A stretch of 64,000 bases of DNA from NCBI GenBank assembly GCA_017744735.1, contig JAGIAR010000002.1, forward strand, positions 599-64,598, written 5' to 3'. Both the position numbers and the translations under genes were made by a program. The notes beneath the pieces are model-generated. The model worked only from the letters and a program-made list of their open reading frames with translations, searched no databases and was not told the DNA's origin. This document shows positions 1-8,271 of the stretch, piece after piece (the first letter of the stretch is position 1; every line of letters begins with the position of its first letter). Origin of the DNA: Novosphingobium sp. GTDB taxonomy: Bacteria; Pseudomonadota; Alphaproteobacteria; Sphingomonadales; Sphingomonadaceae.

Positions 1-487
1 GCTCGATCTTGAACAGCAGCGTGGCGCTGGGCGGGATCGGGCCGGCGCCGCGCAGCCCGTAGCCGAGGCTGGCGGGCACCGCGATCTCGATCGTGTCGCC
101 CACCCCCATCTGCGGCACCGCGAGCTGCCACGCGGGGATCAGCTGGTAGAGCGGGAAGGTCGCCGGATCGCCGCCGTAGGAGCTGTCGAACGTGGTCCCG
201 TCGGTCAGCGTGCCGGCATAATGCAGCGTCACCGTGTCGCGCACGGTCGGGTGCGGCCCGCTGCCGTCGCCCTTGATCCGGCGCCACAGCAGCCCGCCCT
301 GCAGCCAGCTCCACCCGTCCTTCGCCTGGCGGCTGGCGAGCGCGGACTGCTGTTCGTTCAGCCACTTGGCGTCCTGCGGCAGGCCGGTGCCAGCGGGCTG
401 TTCGGCGGCCGCGGCCTGCGCCGGGGCGGCGGGTGCGAGCGCGGCGAGCAGCAGCGCGGAGACCGGGGCGATGCGGCGCGGCGTCAT
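1..487 (-). CDS. FKBP-type peptidyl-prolyl cis-trans isomerase (C-terminus runs off window start)
   Basis: Manual reverse translation from ATG at 487 gives MTPRRIAPVSALLLAALAPAAP (signal peptide). It continues ...TLHYAGTLTDGTTFDSSYGGDPATFPLYQLIPAWQLAVPQMGVGDTIEIAVPASLGYGLRGAGPIPPSATLLFKIE, which are FKBP_C motifs. It is absent from the ORF track because it is truncated. Confidence 0.85.
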   Translation of the reverse strand, partial: MTPRRIAPVSALLLAALAPAAPAQAAAAEQPAGTGLPQDAKWLNEQQSALASRQAKDGWSWLQGGLLWRRIKGDGSGPHPTVRDTVTLHYAGTLTDGTTFDSSYGGDPATFPLYQLIPAWQLAVPQMGVGDTIEIAVPASLGYGLRGAGPIPPSATLLFKIE

Positions 488-1212
488 TCGCCCGATTCTC
501 CCCTGCCGCCGCCCATACCGCCGCCCATGCCGCCGTGCCGGCCGCCGCCCGGGCCGCGCGGTTCGCCGCCCGGAGCGCCAGGCCCGCCGGCCGCGCGCCG
601 GCCCCAGGTTTCCTCGAGCAGGTTCACCTCGTCGTAGGTCAGCCAGCCGTCGTGGTTGAGATCGCCCGCGTCGAAATCCTTGTGCTCGTATTCGGTCAGC
701 TCGGCCAGCGAGCAGCCGGCGTCGTAGTCGGTGTTGCACTCGACGATGGTGGTCGCGCTGACCGGGCGGATCAGATGCTCGAGCACCTCGGCCTCGCGGT
801 CCTTGCCGAGGTGGACCGGCAGCGCCTCGGCCACCTGGGTGCCGCCCTGCTGGTCGCTCAGCGCGAGCGTGCCGAGCGAGAGCTGCCAGGCGGTGAACTC
901 GGCGAGGCTGAGCTGCTGGTTGCGGTCGGTGTCGATCCGGTCGAAGCGGTCGCGGATCGCCACCGCCTTGCGCGCGGCGATGTTGGCGTTGAACTCGTCG
1001 AGCGTCAGCAGCCCGTCATGGTTGGTGTCGGCCTCGGCGAAGACCTTGGCCACCGCCTCGTCGAGCTTCTTGCGCTCGATCGGCTTGGGCGGGCGCGGCG
1101 CGGCGGGCTGGATATGGGTGTCGGCATCGCCGCCGGGGTCGATGTCCTGCGCCTGCGCGGCGCCGCCCAGCGCCAGTGCGGCGACTCCGAAAACCCCCAT
1201 AATCCTGCGCAT
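484..1212 (-). CDS. secreted EF-hand calcium-binding protein with Gly-rich tail
   Basis: Signal peptide MRRIMGVFGVAALALGGAAQA. Three EF-hand loops: DTNHDGLLTLDEF, DTDRNQQLSLAEF, DLNHDGWLTYDEV. Start chosen at ATG 1212; the track ORF extends to 1380 and ATG 1245 is an alternative. The stop overlaps the FKBP ATG (ATGA at 484-487). Confidence 0.75.
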   Translation of the reverse strand: MRRIMGVFGVAALALGGAAQAQDIDPGGDADTHIQPAAPRPPKPIERKKLDEAVAKVFAEADTNHDGLLTLDEFNANIAARKAVAIRDRFDRIDTDRNQQLSLAEFTAWQLSLGTLALSDQQGGTQVAEALPVHLGKDREAEVLEHLIRPVSATTIVECNTDYDAGCSLAELTEYEHKDFDAGDLNHDGWLTYDEVNLLEETWGRRAAGGPGAPGGEPRGPGGGRHGGMGGGMGGGRGESGE

Positions 1213-1331
1213 CGGGCGACCTGTTCGTTGCTTGTCGATCTGCATGGGCTGCTCGCTTTCCTGGGGTGAACGGTGGATGAACTGCTCGAAGGATCCAACG
1301 CGGGCCGCGGGCGAATCCTTCCCCCGCCGGC

Positions 1332-2120
1332 TCACGCGGTGAGGAAATCGACCAGCGCCCGGACCTTCTTCTGGCGCCATTGCGGGCGCGGCGCGACCAG
1401 CCAGTAGGAGCGGTGGCCCTGCTCGGGCCCGACCACCGCGGTCAGCCGCCCGTCGGCCAGGTCGCTCTCGACCAGCAGCAGCGGCAGCATCGCCTTGCCC
1501 AGCCCCGCGCGCACGCTGGCGAGCGCCTGGGCGGCGTTGCCGACCTGCAGCACCGGCTCGGCCCCGTCGGGCATCGGCGCGCCGGGCCAGGCGATCCAGT
1601 CGTCGGGCGCCTCGTCGCGGCGCACCACCACCCGCATCGCCGGGGCGAGCTGGACGCCCTCGAAATCGCCCGGCCCCTCTGCCAGGCGCACCGCGAGATC
1701 GAGATTGGCCTCGGTGAAGTCGACCTCCTCCCCGGCCACCAGCTGGTAGCGGATCTCGGGGTTCTCGGCGCGGAAGGCGGCCAGCCGCGGGGCGAGCCAG
1801 GTCGCCCAGAATTCGTGCGGCGCGGCGATCGCGTAGCTGTAGCTCGACTGGCCGGCCTGCATCGCCTGCACCGCCTCCTCGAACCGCAGGAAGCCCTCGC
1901 GCAGCGGCTCGAGCCCGGCCACGGCCTCGTCTGTCAGTTCCAGCCCCTTGCTGGTGCGGCGGAACAGCACCACCCCGAGCACATCTTCCAGCGCGCGAAT
2001 CTGCTGGCCGACCGCCGCCGGGGTCACCGCCAGCTCGTCGGCGGCGCGGGTAAACGAGAGGTGCCGCGCGGCGGCGTCGAACACGCGGAGCGCGTTGAGG
2101 GGCAGATGCGTGCGCTTCAT
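1332..2120 (-). CDS. LysR family transcriptional regulator (GcvA-like)
   Basis: N-terminal HTH LNALRVFDAAARHLSFTRAADELAVTPAAVGQQIRALE. 262-aa ORF with ATG start. Confidence 0.9.
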   Translation of the reverse strand: MKRTHLPLNALRVFDAAARHLSFTRAADELAVTPAAVGQQIRALEDVLGVVLFRRTSKGLELTDEAVAGLEPLREGFLRFEEAVQAMQAGQSSYSYAIAAPHEFWATWLAPRLAAFRAENPEIRYQLVAGEEVDFTEANLDLAVRLAEGPGDFEGVQLAPAMRVVVRRDEAPDDWIAWPGAPMPDGAEPVLQVGNAAQALASVRAGLGKAMLPLLLVESDLADGRLTAVVGPEQGHRSYWLVAPRPQWRQKKVRALVDFLTA

Positions 2121-2172
2121 GGTCAGCGGGCTTTAGTAGGCCCCGCCCGCGCCCGCAACCTTGCCGGCACCG

Positions 2173-3534
2173 CTAGAAGCTCGCGGTCAGCGAGCCTGCG
2201 AGATAATGCGTATTGCCGGCGTCCGGCGCATTCGGCGCGTCGTGCAGGAAGCGCCCCTTGGCAAGCCACACCGCATTGGCCTCCGCCCGCAGGAATTTCG
2301 GCACCAGCCAGTAGCGGATCCGCAGGTCGAACTGGTGGCCGGCAAAACTGCCCGAGGCGCCGGTCGGGTCGCGCACGCCGGTGGTCGAGAAGGCGTCGGT
2401 CTTCTCCGCCAGCCACAGCGCGTGCCAGGTCGCGAAGGCGTCGAAGCGCGGCGACGGCGCAATCTCGGCGCGCAGGCCGAAGCTCTCGATATTGGCGCGG
2501 CCGATGTCGTTGTAGATTCCGGCCGGCCCGAAATCCGCCCGCCGCATGCCGTAGAGCGTGTCGAACCGGCCGTAGCGGCCGCCCGCCTTGTCGCCGCCGA
2601 CCCGGTCGAATTCGAGCGAAAGGCGCAGCTTCGCCCTGCCCGGAAACAGCCGCCCGGCATCGGCATGCATCGCCCAGGCGCCGACCGCCTGCACCGGCGC
2701 GTCGGGCGCAGTACCGGTGCGGATGGTGCCGGATTGGTAGAACCCCTCGAGCTCGAAATCGATCGCACCGGGCCGGGGATCGCGGATCACCCGGGCGCTG
2801 AAGGTATCGAGATCCCGGTTGCGGGTCGGATGCCCGGCCCAGTCGCGCTCGCGCAGGCCGAAATAGCCGAGTTCGGCCGTGGCCCCCGCGAGCGTTTCCG
2901 GCCGCGCGAGCAGCGCGCCCCAGGCCTGCAGCGCGAAACTCTCGCGGTCCCATTCGGGACTCTGGCCGGCCAGCCCAGCCCGGTCGTCGGGCAGCCGGAC
3001 CTGCGGCAGCACGTAGAACGCGGTCGCGGCAAGCCCGCCCGCGGTGCGCAGGTTCGCCCGCAGCCCGGTGAAGCCGGTTGTGGTGTTGCGGAAATCGTCG
3101 TCCGCGAACAGGCGCCGCGAGCCGAGATCGAGCTTGAACCGTCCGGCCTGCAGGCCGGCCTTGCTTCCCGCCCCGAACGGCGCGTCGAAATCGGCCGCGA
3201 CATAGGCCTGCACCAGTTCGAGCGTGTTGACCTGGGTGGTGTCGAGCGAATCGCCGGGCCGGTTGAGCCACGCGCGGCTGTCGTAGAGCTCGGCCCCGAA
3301 CCGAACCACGCCGGGATCGTATTCGGCGAACAGCGTCGCGCGGGAATCGAGCTGTCGGTCGCTTGGCGGCAGATCGGCGCGCGGCTGACCGTCGAGCGTC
3401 TCGTAGCGCAGGCGGACGCTGGCCGAGAGCTTGAAATCGGACGGATCGCCGATCGCGGACTGGAGCGACGGGGTTTCGGCCCCGGCGGCACAGGGCAGCG
3501 CAAGGGCAATCAGGGGCAGGAAGCGGATAGTCAT
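2173..3534 (-). CDS. outer-membrane beta-barrel protein, alginate-export (AlgE-like) family
   Basis: Start at ATG 3534 inside track ORF 2173..4014 gives signal peptide MTIRFLPLIALALPCAAGA. Sequence is rich in alternating strands and ends ...LAGSLTASF (terminal Phe, typical of OM barrels). Family call is from memory of AlgE-like porins. Confidence 0.7.
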   Translation of the reverse strand: MTIRFLPLIALALPCAAGAETPSLQSAIGDPSDFKLSASVRLRYETLDGQPRADLPPSDRQLDSRATLFAEYDPGVVRFGAELYDSRAWLNRPGDSLDTTQVNTLELVQAYVAADFDAPFGAGSKAGLQAGRFKLDLGSRRLFADDDFRNTTTGFTGLRANLRTAGGLAATAFYVLPQVRLPDDRAGLAGQSPEWDRESFALQAWGALLARPETLAGATAELGYFGLRERDWAGHPTRNRDLDTFSARVIRDPRPGAIDFELEGFYQSGTIRTGTAPDAPVQAVGAWAMHADAGRLFPGRAKLRLSLEFDRVGGDKAGGRYGRFDTLYGMRRADFGPAGIYNDIGRANIESFGLRAEIAPSPRFDAFATWHALWLAEKTDAFSTTGVRDPTGASGSFAGHQFDLRIRYWLVPKFLRAEANAVWLAKGRFLHDAPNAPDAGNTHYLAGSLTASF

Positions 3535-3827
3535 CAAGCGCAACTCCACGCCGGAAGAACCGGCGAAAGGAAGCAAACGCTTGAGCGCAGGCTGCGCTTG
3601 ACCGGGAGGCTGCACGGCCCCGGTGCGTGGAAAACTATACAAGCGGCTCGCGCGGCGCAACCGCCTGCCAAGCGCGACCAATGAATCGGATTTCATGGGG
3701 CCTCCGCGACCATTCGATGCCGCGGCTCCATCCGAATGGTCGCCGCTATGCATGGCGCAATACGGCGTGCCCTGCCCCGTGCTATCGCATGGCGGCGTTT
3801 GCGGGAAAACAGCTTTCGGTTCGCCGG

Positions 3828-4079
3828 CTATTCGAAATCCGCAGGATCGACCTTCGGCGATTGTGCGCCGCGCAGCAGGCTGCGCCCGCCGAAGAACAGT
3901 CCCAGCCCGATCGCGAAGGGGACGCCGCCGAAGACCAGCGCCAGCGGGGCGATCGAGGCGAACTCCTCGCCGCCGCCGCCGACCAGACCGCCGATCAGCA
4001 CCACCCCGGTGCACAGCCCGCTCAGCCCGGCGATCAAGATGCCGGTGGCCAGCATCATTCCCCCCAAGAAGCCTTTCAT
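3828..4079 (-). CDS. Gly-rich two-TM miniprotein, translationally coupled to the radical SAM gene
   Basis: MKGFLGGMMLATGILIAGLSGLCTGVVLIGGLVGGGG...APLALVFGGVPFAIGLGLFFGG. Its ATG 4079 overlaps the radical SAM stop (ATGA at 4076-4079). It is the tail of track ORF 3828..4691. Confidence 0.55.
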   Translation of the reverse strand: MKGFLGGMMLATGILIAGLSGLCTGVVLIGGLVGGGGEEFASIAPLALVFGGVPFAIGLGLFFGGRSLLRGAQSPKVDPADFE

Positions 4080-5539
4080 CGCGTCCCCGCTTTCGCCAGC
4101 GCGCGGTGGCGGGCGAGCACTGCGGCGCCCTCCGCCCCCGCGCGGTAGAAGGTGTTGTAGGTGTCGAAGGGGACGATCTGCCCCTCCTCCGTCACGAAAT
4201 GCACGCAGCTGCGCTTCACCGTGCCGAGATCGAAATTGTAGCGGTCGAGGAACTGCAGGATCACCACCCGGAAGCTGTCGGCATAGGTCAGCTCCTCGGG
4301 CACCAGCGCCTGCGGGAGGCAGCACAGCAGCCCGGCGAGCTTCTCGCTGGTATCGGCCTGCGCGGTCGCGAGCGAGAACAGGTCGAGCACCGCCTCGCGC
4401 AGCGCCGGATGCGCTTCGTAGCTGATCGTGTTGGGCCCCGAGAGGATCATCTCGCGCGGCAGCAGCGCGGTGATCGGGGTCACGCTGCGCCCGGAGCGCA
4501 GCCCGTAGCCGATGCAGATCTGGTCGGGATTGCACGGCAGCGGGATCAGGTCTTCCAGCCCGAACACCCCGGCTTCGGCGACCGCGCGGCGGATCTGGCT
4601 CAGCACCATGCGGTTGGCCTTGGGATCGAAGCCCTCGTTGCGCCCCGCGTCCTGCACCGGCTGGAAGGTGACCCCGCGCACGCAGCGCCACTCGAGCGCA
4701 TGGCGCACGATCGCGGCGATTTCGCCGTCATTGACCCCGCGCTTCACCACCGCCACCAGCGTGGTCGAGATATTGTGCCGTTCGAGCGCCTCGAGCGCTT
4801 CGCGCCGGATGCGGCTGAGGCGCGCGCCGCGCAGATCCATCAACGCCTCGTCGTCGAGCGCGTCGAACTGGAGATAGACCTCCAGCCGCGGCGTGTAACT
4901 TGCCAGCCGCGCGACGAACTCCGGATCCTGCGCGATCCGCACCCCGTTGGTGTTGATCATCACATGGCGGATCGGGCGCGCCTTGGCCGCATCGAGGATT
5001 GCGAAGAATTCCGGGTGGATGGTCGGCTCGCCGCCCGAGAACTGGACCAGGTCGGGCTCGCCCTCGCTGCGCACCAGCGCATCCAGCATCGCCTCGATCT
5101 CCGCCAGCGGGCGGTGCGATCCGTTCATGTCGGCGGCGTCGGCGAAGCACACCGGGCAGGCGAGATTGCACGCCCGGTTGACCTCGATCAGCGCAAGGCA
5201 GCTGTGCTGCTCGTGATCGGGGCACAGGCCGCAGTCGAACGGACAGCCGGCCTCGGTCCGGGTCTGCGCTTCCAGCGGCCGGTCGCCCGGCTTGATCCAC
5301 AGTTTCTGCTGGCGCCAGTACTCCACATCGTCGCTGATCAGCGTCTTCTGCACCCCGTGGCTGAGGCAGCGCTTGAGGTAGAAGACGCAATCGTCCTCGA
5401 TGACGATCTTCGTCGCGACCGGTTCGAGGCAGGTCTCGCACAGGCTGGTGGTCTGCCCGTGGAAGACATAGGGCGCAGCCTTGCGTCCGGGCGCTTCAGC
5501 CCGGTCCGCGGTCAGCGCGTCGCCACCAGGTGATTCCAT
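4076..5539 (-). CDS. radical SAM protein with extra N-terminal Cys clusters (COG1964 / Tes-GDGT-MAS-like layout)
   Basis: CNLACPVC (CX3CX2C), preceded by CPFDCGLCPDHEQHSC and by N-terminal CETC...C...C. GGEPT motif present (FSGGEPTIHPEF). 487 aa, ATG start. Confidence 0.85.
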   Translation of the reverse strand: MESPGGDALTADRAEAPGRKAAPYVFHGQTTSLCETCLEPVATKIVIEDDCVFYLKRCLSHGVQKTLISDDVEYWRQQKLWIKPGDRPLEAQTRTEAGCPFDCGLCPDHEQHSCLALIEVNRACNLACPVCFADAADMNGSHRPLAEIEAMLDALVRSEGEPDLVQFSGGEPTIHPEFFAILDAAKARPIRHVMINTNGVRIAQDPEFVARLASYTPRLEVYLQFDALDDEALMDLRGARLSRIRREALEALERHNISTTLVAVVKRGVNDGEIAAIVRHALEWRCVRGVTFQPVQDAGRNEGFDPKANRMVLSQIRRAVAEAGVFGLEDLIPLPCNPDQICIGYGLRSGRSVTPITALLPREMILSGPNTISYEAHPALREAVLDLFSLATAQADTSEKLAGLLCCLPQALVPEELTYADSFRVVILQFLDRYNFDLGTVKRSCVHFVTEEGQIVPFDTYNTFYRAGAEGAAVLARHRALAKAGTR

Positions 5540-6212
5540 AGACGATCAGCCCCAGCATCAGGAAATGGAACAGGTTGAACGGCCCCACCAGCGGCGGATA
5601 GGGCTTGAGGAGCTCCCACACGAACCGCTGCGCAGCATAGACGATTACCAGCGCGTGGAAAGCGTGGTGCAGCGCCCAGCCCTGCCCCGCGACCCGCGCC
5701 CGCGCACAGACCAGCGCGAACAGGCCCATCGCCAGCGCCTCGTACAGCGCCACCGGATGGCGCCCGACCCCGTCGCCGAGATCGACCGCCCAGGGCAGCG
5801 ATGTCGGCGTGCCGTAGGTATAGTCGGCCAGGCCGGAGAACAGGCAGCCCATCCGCCCGACCGCGATCCCGACGCCGAGCGGCAGCGCGAAGCCGCCCCC
5901 GGTCGAGACGCGGATGCCATGGCGCCATTTCCATAGCTCGACCGCCACGATCCCGCCCGCGAGCGCGCCGGCGATCGAATGCGATGGTGCCGCCGCGATG
6001 CTGCGCAGCGAATTGGCCGAACCGAACAGCCAGGCCCCGGCCAGCGCCCCGAGCGCGAGCGATACGAAATAGGACGGGGTCGAGATCGCCGCCAGCCGCC
6101 CGGCCTCTGCCGGCCAGCGGCGGTGCTGCCAGCGCGCGGCGAGCGCGGCCGAGCTCCACGCGGCAAGATCGCCGGCATAATGCGCCCAGGGTGCGGTGGG
6201 GAGATGGATCAT
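5496..6212 (-). CDS. prolipoprotein diacylglyceryl transferase (Lgt) family paralogue
   Basis: Start ATG 6212 (MIHLPTAPW) inside track ORF 5496..6443. Multi-TM protein with Lgt signature GRHPVALYEALAMG. Its 3' end overlaps the radical SAM start by 44 nt. Confidence 0.75.
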   Translation of the reverse strand: MIHLPTAPWAHYAGDLAAWSSAALAARWQHRRWPAEAGRLAAISTPSYFVSLALGALAGAWLFGSANSLRSIAAAPSHSIAGALAGGIVAVELWKWRHGIRVSTGGGFALPLGVGIAVGRMGCLFSGLADYTYGTPTSLPWAVDLGDGVGRHPVALYEALAMGLFALVCARARVAGQGWALHHAFHALVIVYAAQRFVWELLKPYPPLVGPFNLFHFLMLGLIVYGITWWRRADRGPG

Positions 6213-6240
6213 CCGCGCCGGTCGGCCGCCGGGCGCGCGA

Positions 6241-6651
6241 TCAATCGGCGGTCGCGGGCGCCGCCAGCGGGAAGAACGGGATCGCCACCTCGAAGCTTTC
6301 GCCTTCGCGCCCGCCGTCGAGCCGGCGGAAGGTGTAGAAGCCTTCCATGCTGCCGTGCGGCGTGGTGAGCGGGCAGCCGGACACGTAGTCGTGGCTCTGC
6401 CCGGGGGCGAGCACCGGGGTTTCGCCGACCACGCCTTCGCCATTGACGATGTTGATCGCGCCGCGTCCGTCGGTGATCCGCCAGTGGCGGCTGAGCAGCT
6501 GGACGGTTTCGCCCGAATGGTTCTCGAGCCGGATGTGATAGACCCAGAACCACTTGCCGGCCTCGACCCGCGACTGGTCGGGCATGAAGTTCACCGCCAC
6601 CCTGACGGTGATGCCCTGCGTCATCGCGGCATGCTGGAACAGTTCTTTCAC
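6241..6651 (-). CDS. apaG: ApaG (DUF525) protein
   Basis: ...GITVRVAVNFMPDQSRVEAGKWFWVYHIRLENHSGETVQLLSRHWRITDGRG...GCPLTTPHGSMEGFYTF. Start is GTG 6651 (VKELFQHAAMTQ); ATG 6624 is an alternative. Confidence 0.85.
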   Translation of the reverse strand: MKELFQHAAMTQGITVRVAVNFMPDQSRVEAGKWFWVYHIRLENHSGETVQLLSRHWRITDGRGAINIVNGEGVVGETPVLAPGQSHDYVSGCPLTTPHGSMEGFYTFRRLDGGREGESFEVAIPFFPLAAPATAD

Positions 6652-6733
6652 GAGTCGGGAAGCTAACGGGATTCCCCGCGCCTTCAAGTGCGGATGCGGC
6701 GAATTGCACCGCAAGGGTGGAAACGCCGGGCGC

Positions 6734-8095
6734 TTATTGCGCCGGAACGGCGGCTTCCTCTTCCACCAGCAGGCCGTCGCCGCGCAGCGCCCATTGCAGC
6801 CCGCGGGGTGCATAATCGAGCACCACCTCGGCGTTCAGCCTGCGGCGCGGAAGCTCCGCGATCAGCGTCGTGCCGAAGCCGCGGCTTTCGGGCTGCCGCA
6901 CGCTGGGCCCGCCGCTTTCGCGCCACCACAGATGCAGCCCGGCGGCCGGCCGGTCGATCTCCCAGCCGATCGTGACCGTGCCCGCCGGAACGGAAAGCGC
7001 GCCGTATTTGAGCGAATTTGTCGCCAGTTCGTGCACCGCCATGCCGATCGCCTCGGCGGCCGGGGCGGACAGCGCCGCCGAAGGCCCGCAGATCTCGAAC
7101 TGCCCCAGATCCTCGCCGAGGAAGCCGAGCTGGCGGCGCACCAGTTCGTCCAGGTCGACCTCGCGCCAATCGCCCCGCACCAGCAGGTCCTGGTTGGTCG
7201 CGAGGCCGTTCACCCGTACCTCGAAGCGTTCGACGAAGGCATCGTCCCCCTCGCCCCGCGCCGTCCGGCGGGCGAGCGCCTGCACCGTCGCGATCAGGTT
7301 CTTGGTCCGGTGGTTGACCTCGTGCAGCATCAGGCGGACCTTGTCGGTCTGCTCGCGCTGGTCGTGGATGTCGGTATGGGTGCCCACCCAGTGGGTGATC
7401 CCGCCGTCGGCCCCGCGCACCGGATGGGCCCGCGCCAGAAACCAGCGATACTGGCCGTCGCGGCCCTTCAGCGGGAAGATGTCCTCCCACTCGGCGCCGG
7501 TTTCCATCGACTCGTAATAGCGCGCCAGCACCTGGCTCAGGTGGTCCGGATGGTGAATGCTTTCGCGGCCGCCGTCCTCGAGCTGCGCGGCCGTGAGGCC
7601 GGTGTATTCCTCCAGCCGGCGGTTGACCCAGCCGACCTTGCCCGCCGGATCGGCAACCCAGGCGATCTGCGAAATGTTGTCGGCCAGCGCGCGGAACAGC
7701 TTCTCGCTTTCCTCGATCCGCTTCTGGGATGCGAGGTATCCGGTGGCGTCGCGCGCCATCTTGCACGCGCCGACGATATTGCCGTGGCTGTCGAGCACCG
7801 GGGAAACCGTGACGAAGACATGGATCAGGCTGCCGTCCTTGCGCCGCCGTTCGGTGACGAACTGGGGCACCCGTTCGCCGCCGGTGATCTTGGCGAGGAT
7901 ATCGTCCTCTTCGCGCTGGCGCTCGAACGGGATCAGCTTGCGGACCGATTCCCCGATCATTTCCTCGGCCGACTAGCCGAACAGCCGCTGCGCCGCCGGG
8001 TTCCAGCTGACCACGGTGGAGTTGAGATCCTTCGCGACGATCGCATCGTCCGAGGATTCGACCAGCGCGGCGTAGAAGTGATCCTGTGCTTTCAT
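6734..8095 (-). pseudogene. PAS-PAS HWE/HisKA_2 sensor histidine kinase interrupted by an in-frame TAG (7973-7975); intact downstream ORF is 6734..7960
   Basis: From ATG 8095: MKAQDHFYAALVESSDDAIVAKDLNSTVVSWNPAAQRLFG-TAG-SAEEMIGESVRKLIP... in one frame. Downstream motifs are HEVNHRTKNL (H box) and HELATNSLKYGA (N box). Confidence 0.6.
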
Positions 8096-8271
8096 CCGGT
8101 TCTGCAGGTTGGTTCGGCGGCAGGCGTCGCCGGGAAGGCGCGCAGCCTACGCCAACTTGCCGATCCGTGCGAATCCAAATCCGTTCGCCACTGCGTGAAA
8201 TGCCCGATTGCCACCGCGCCCGCGTGCGATAATCTCGTGCGCGGGTCGAACAGGCGAATGCGGGGGCATCG

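Noticed and set aside
4076-5539. The radical SAM protein acting as the anaerobic sulfatase-maturating enzyme for the sulfatase at 39011.
   Set aside because: It is 35 kb away on an unrelated operon. Its N-terminal Cys-knuckle plus CX3CX2CX7C layout and its tight coupling to an Lgt paralogue do not match my recollection of anSME/SPASM architecture. This is unverified without an HMM search.
8036-8046. Suspected 1-nt frameshift in the N-terminal PAS segment of the histidine kinase (DDA-I-VAK).
   Set aside because: This arose from my own mis-transcription of the line break at 8040/8041. On re-reading (…gacga|tcgcatc…) and cross-checking against the frame of track ORF 6684..8576, the segment is in frame. 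Only the TAG at 7973-7975 interrupts the gene.
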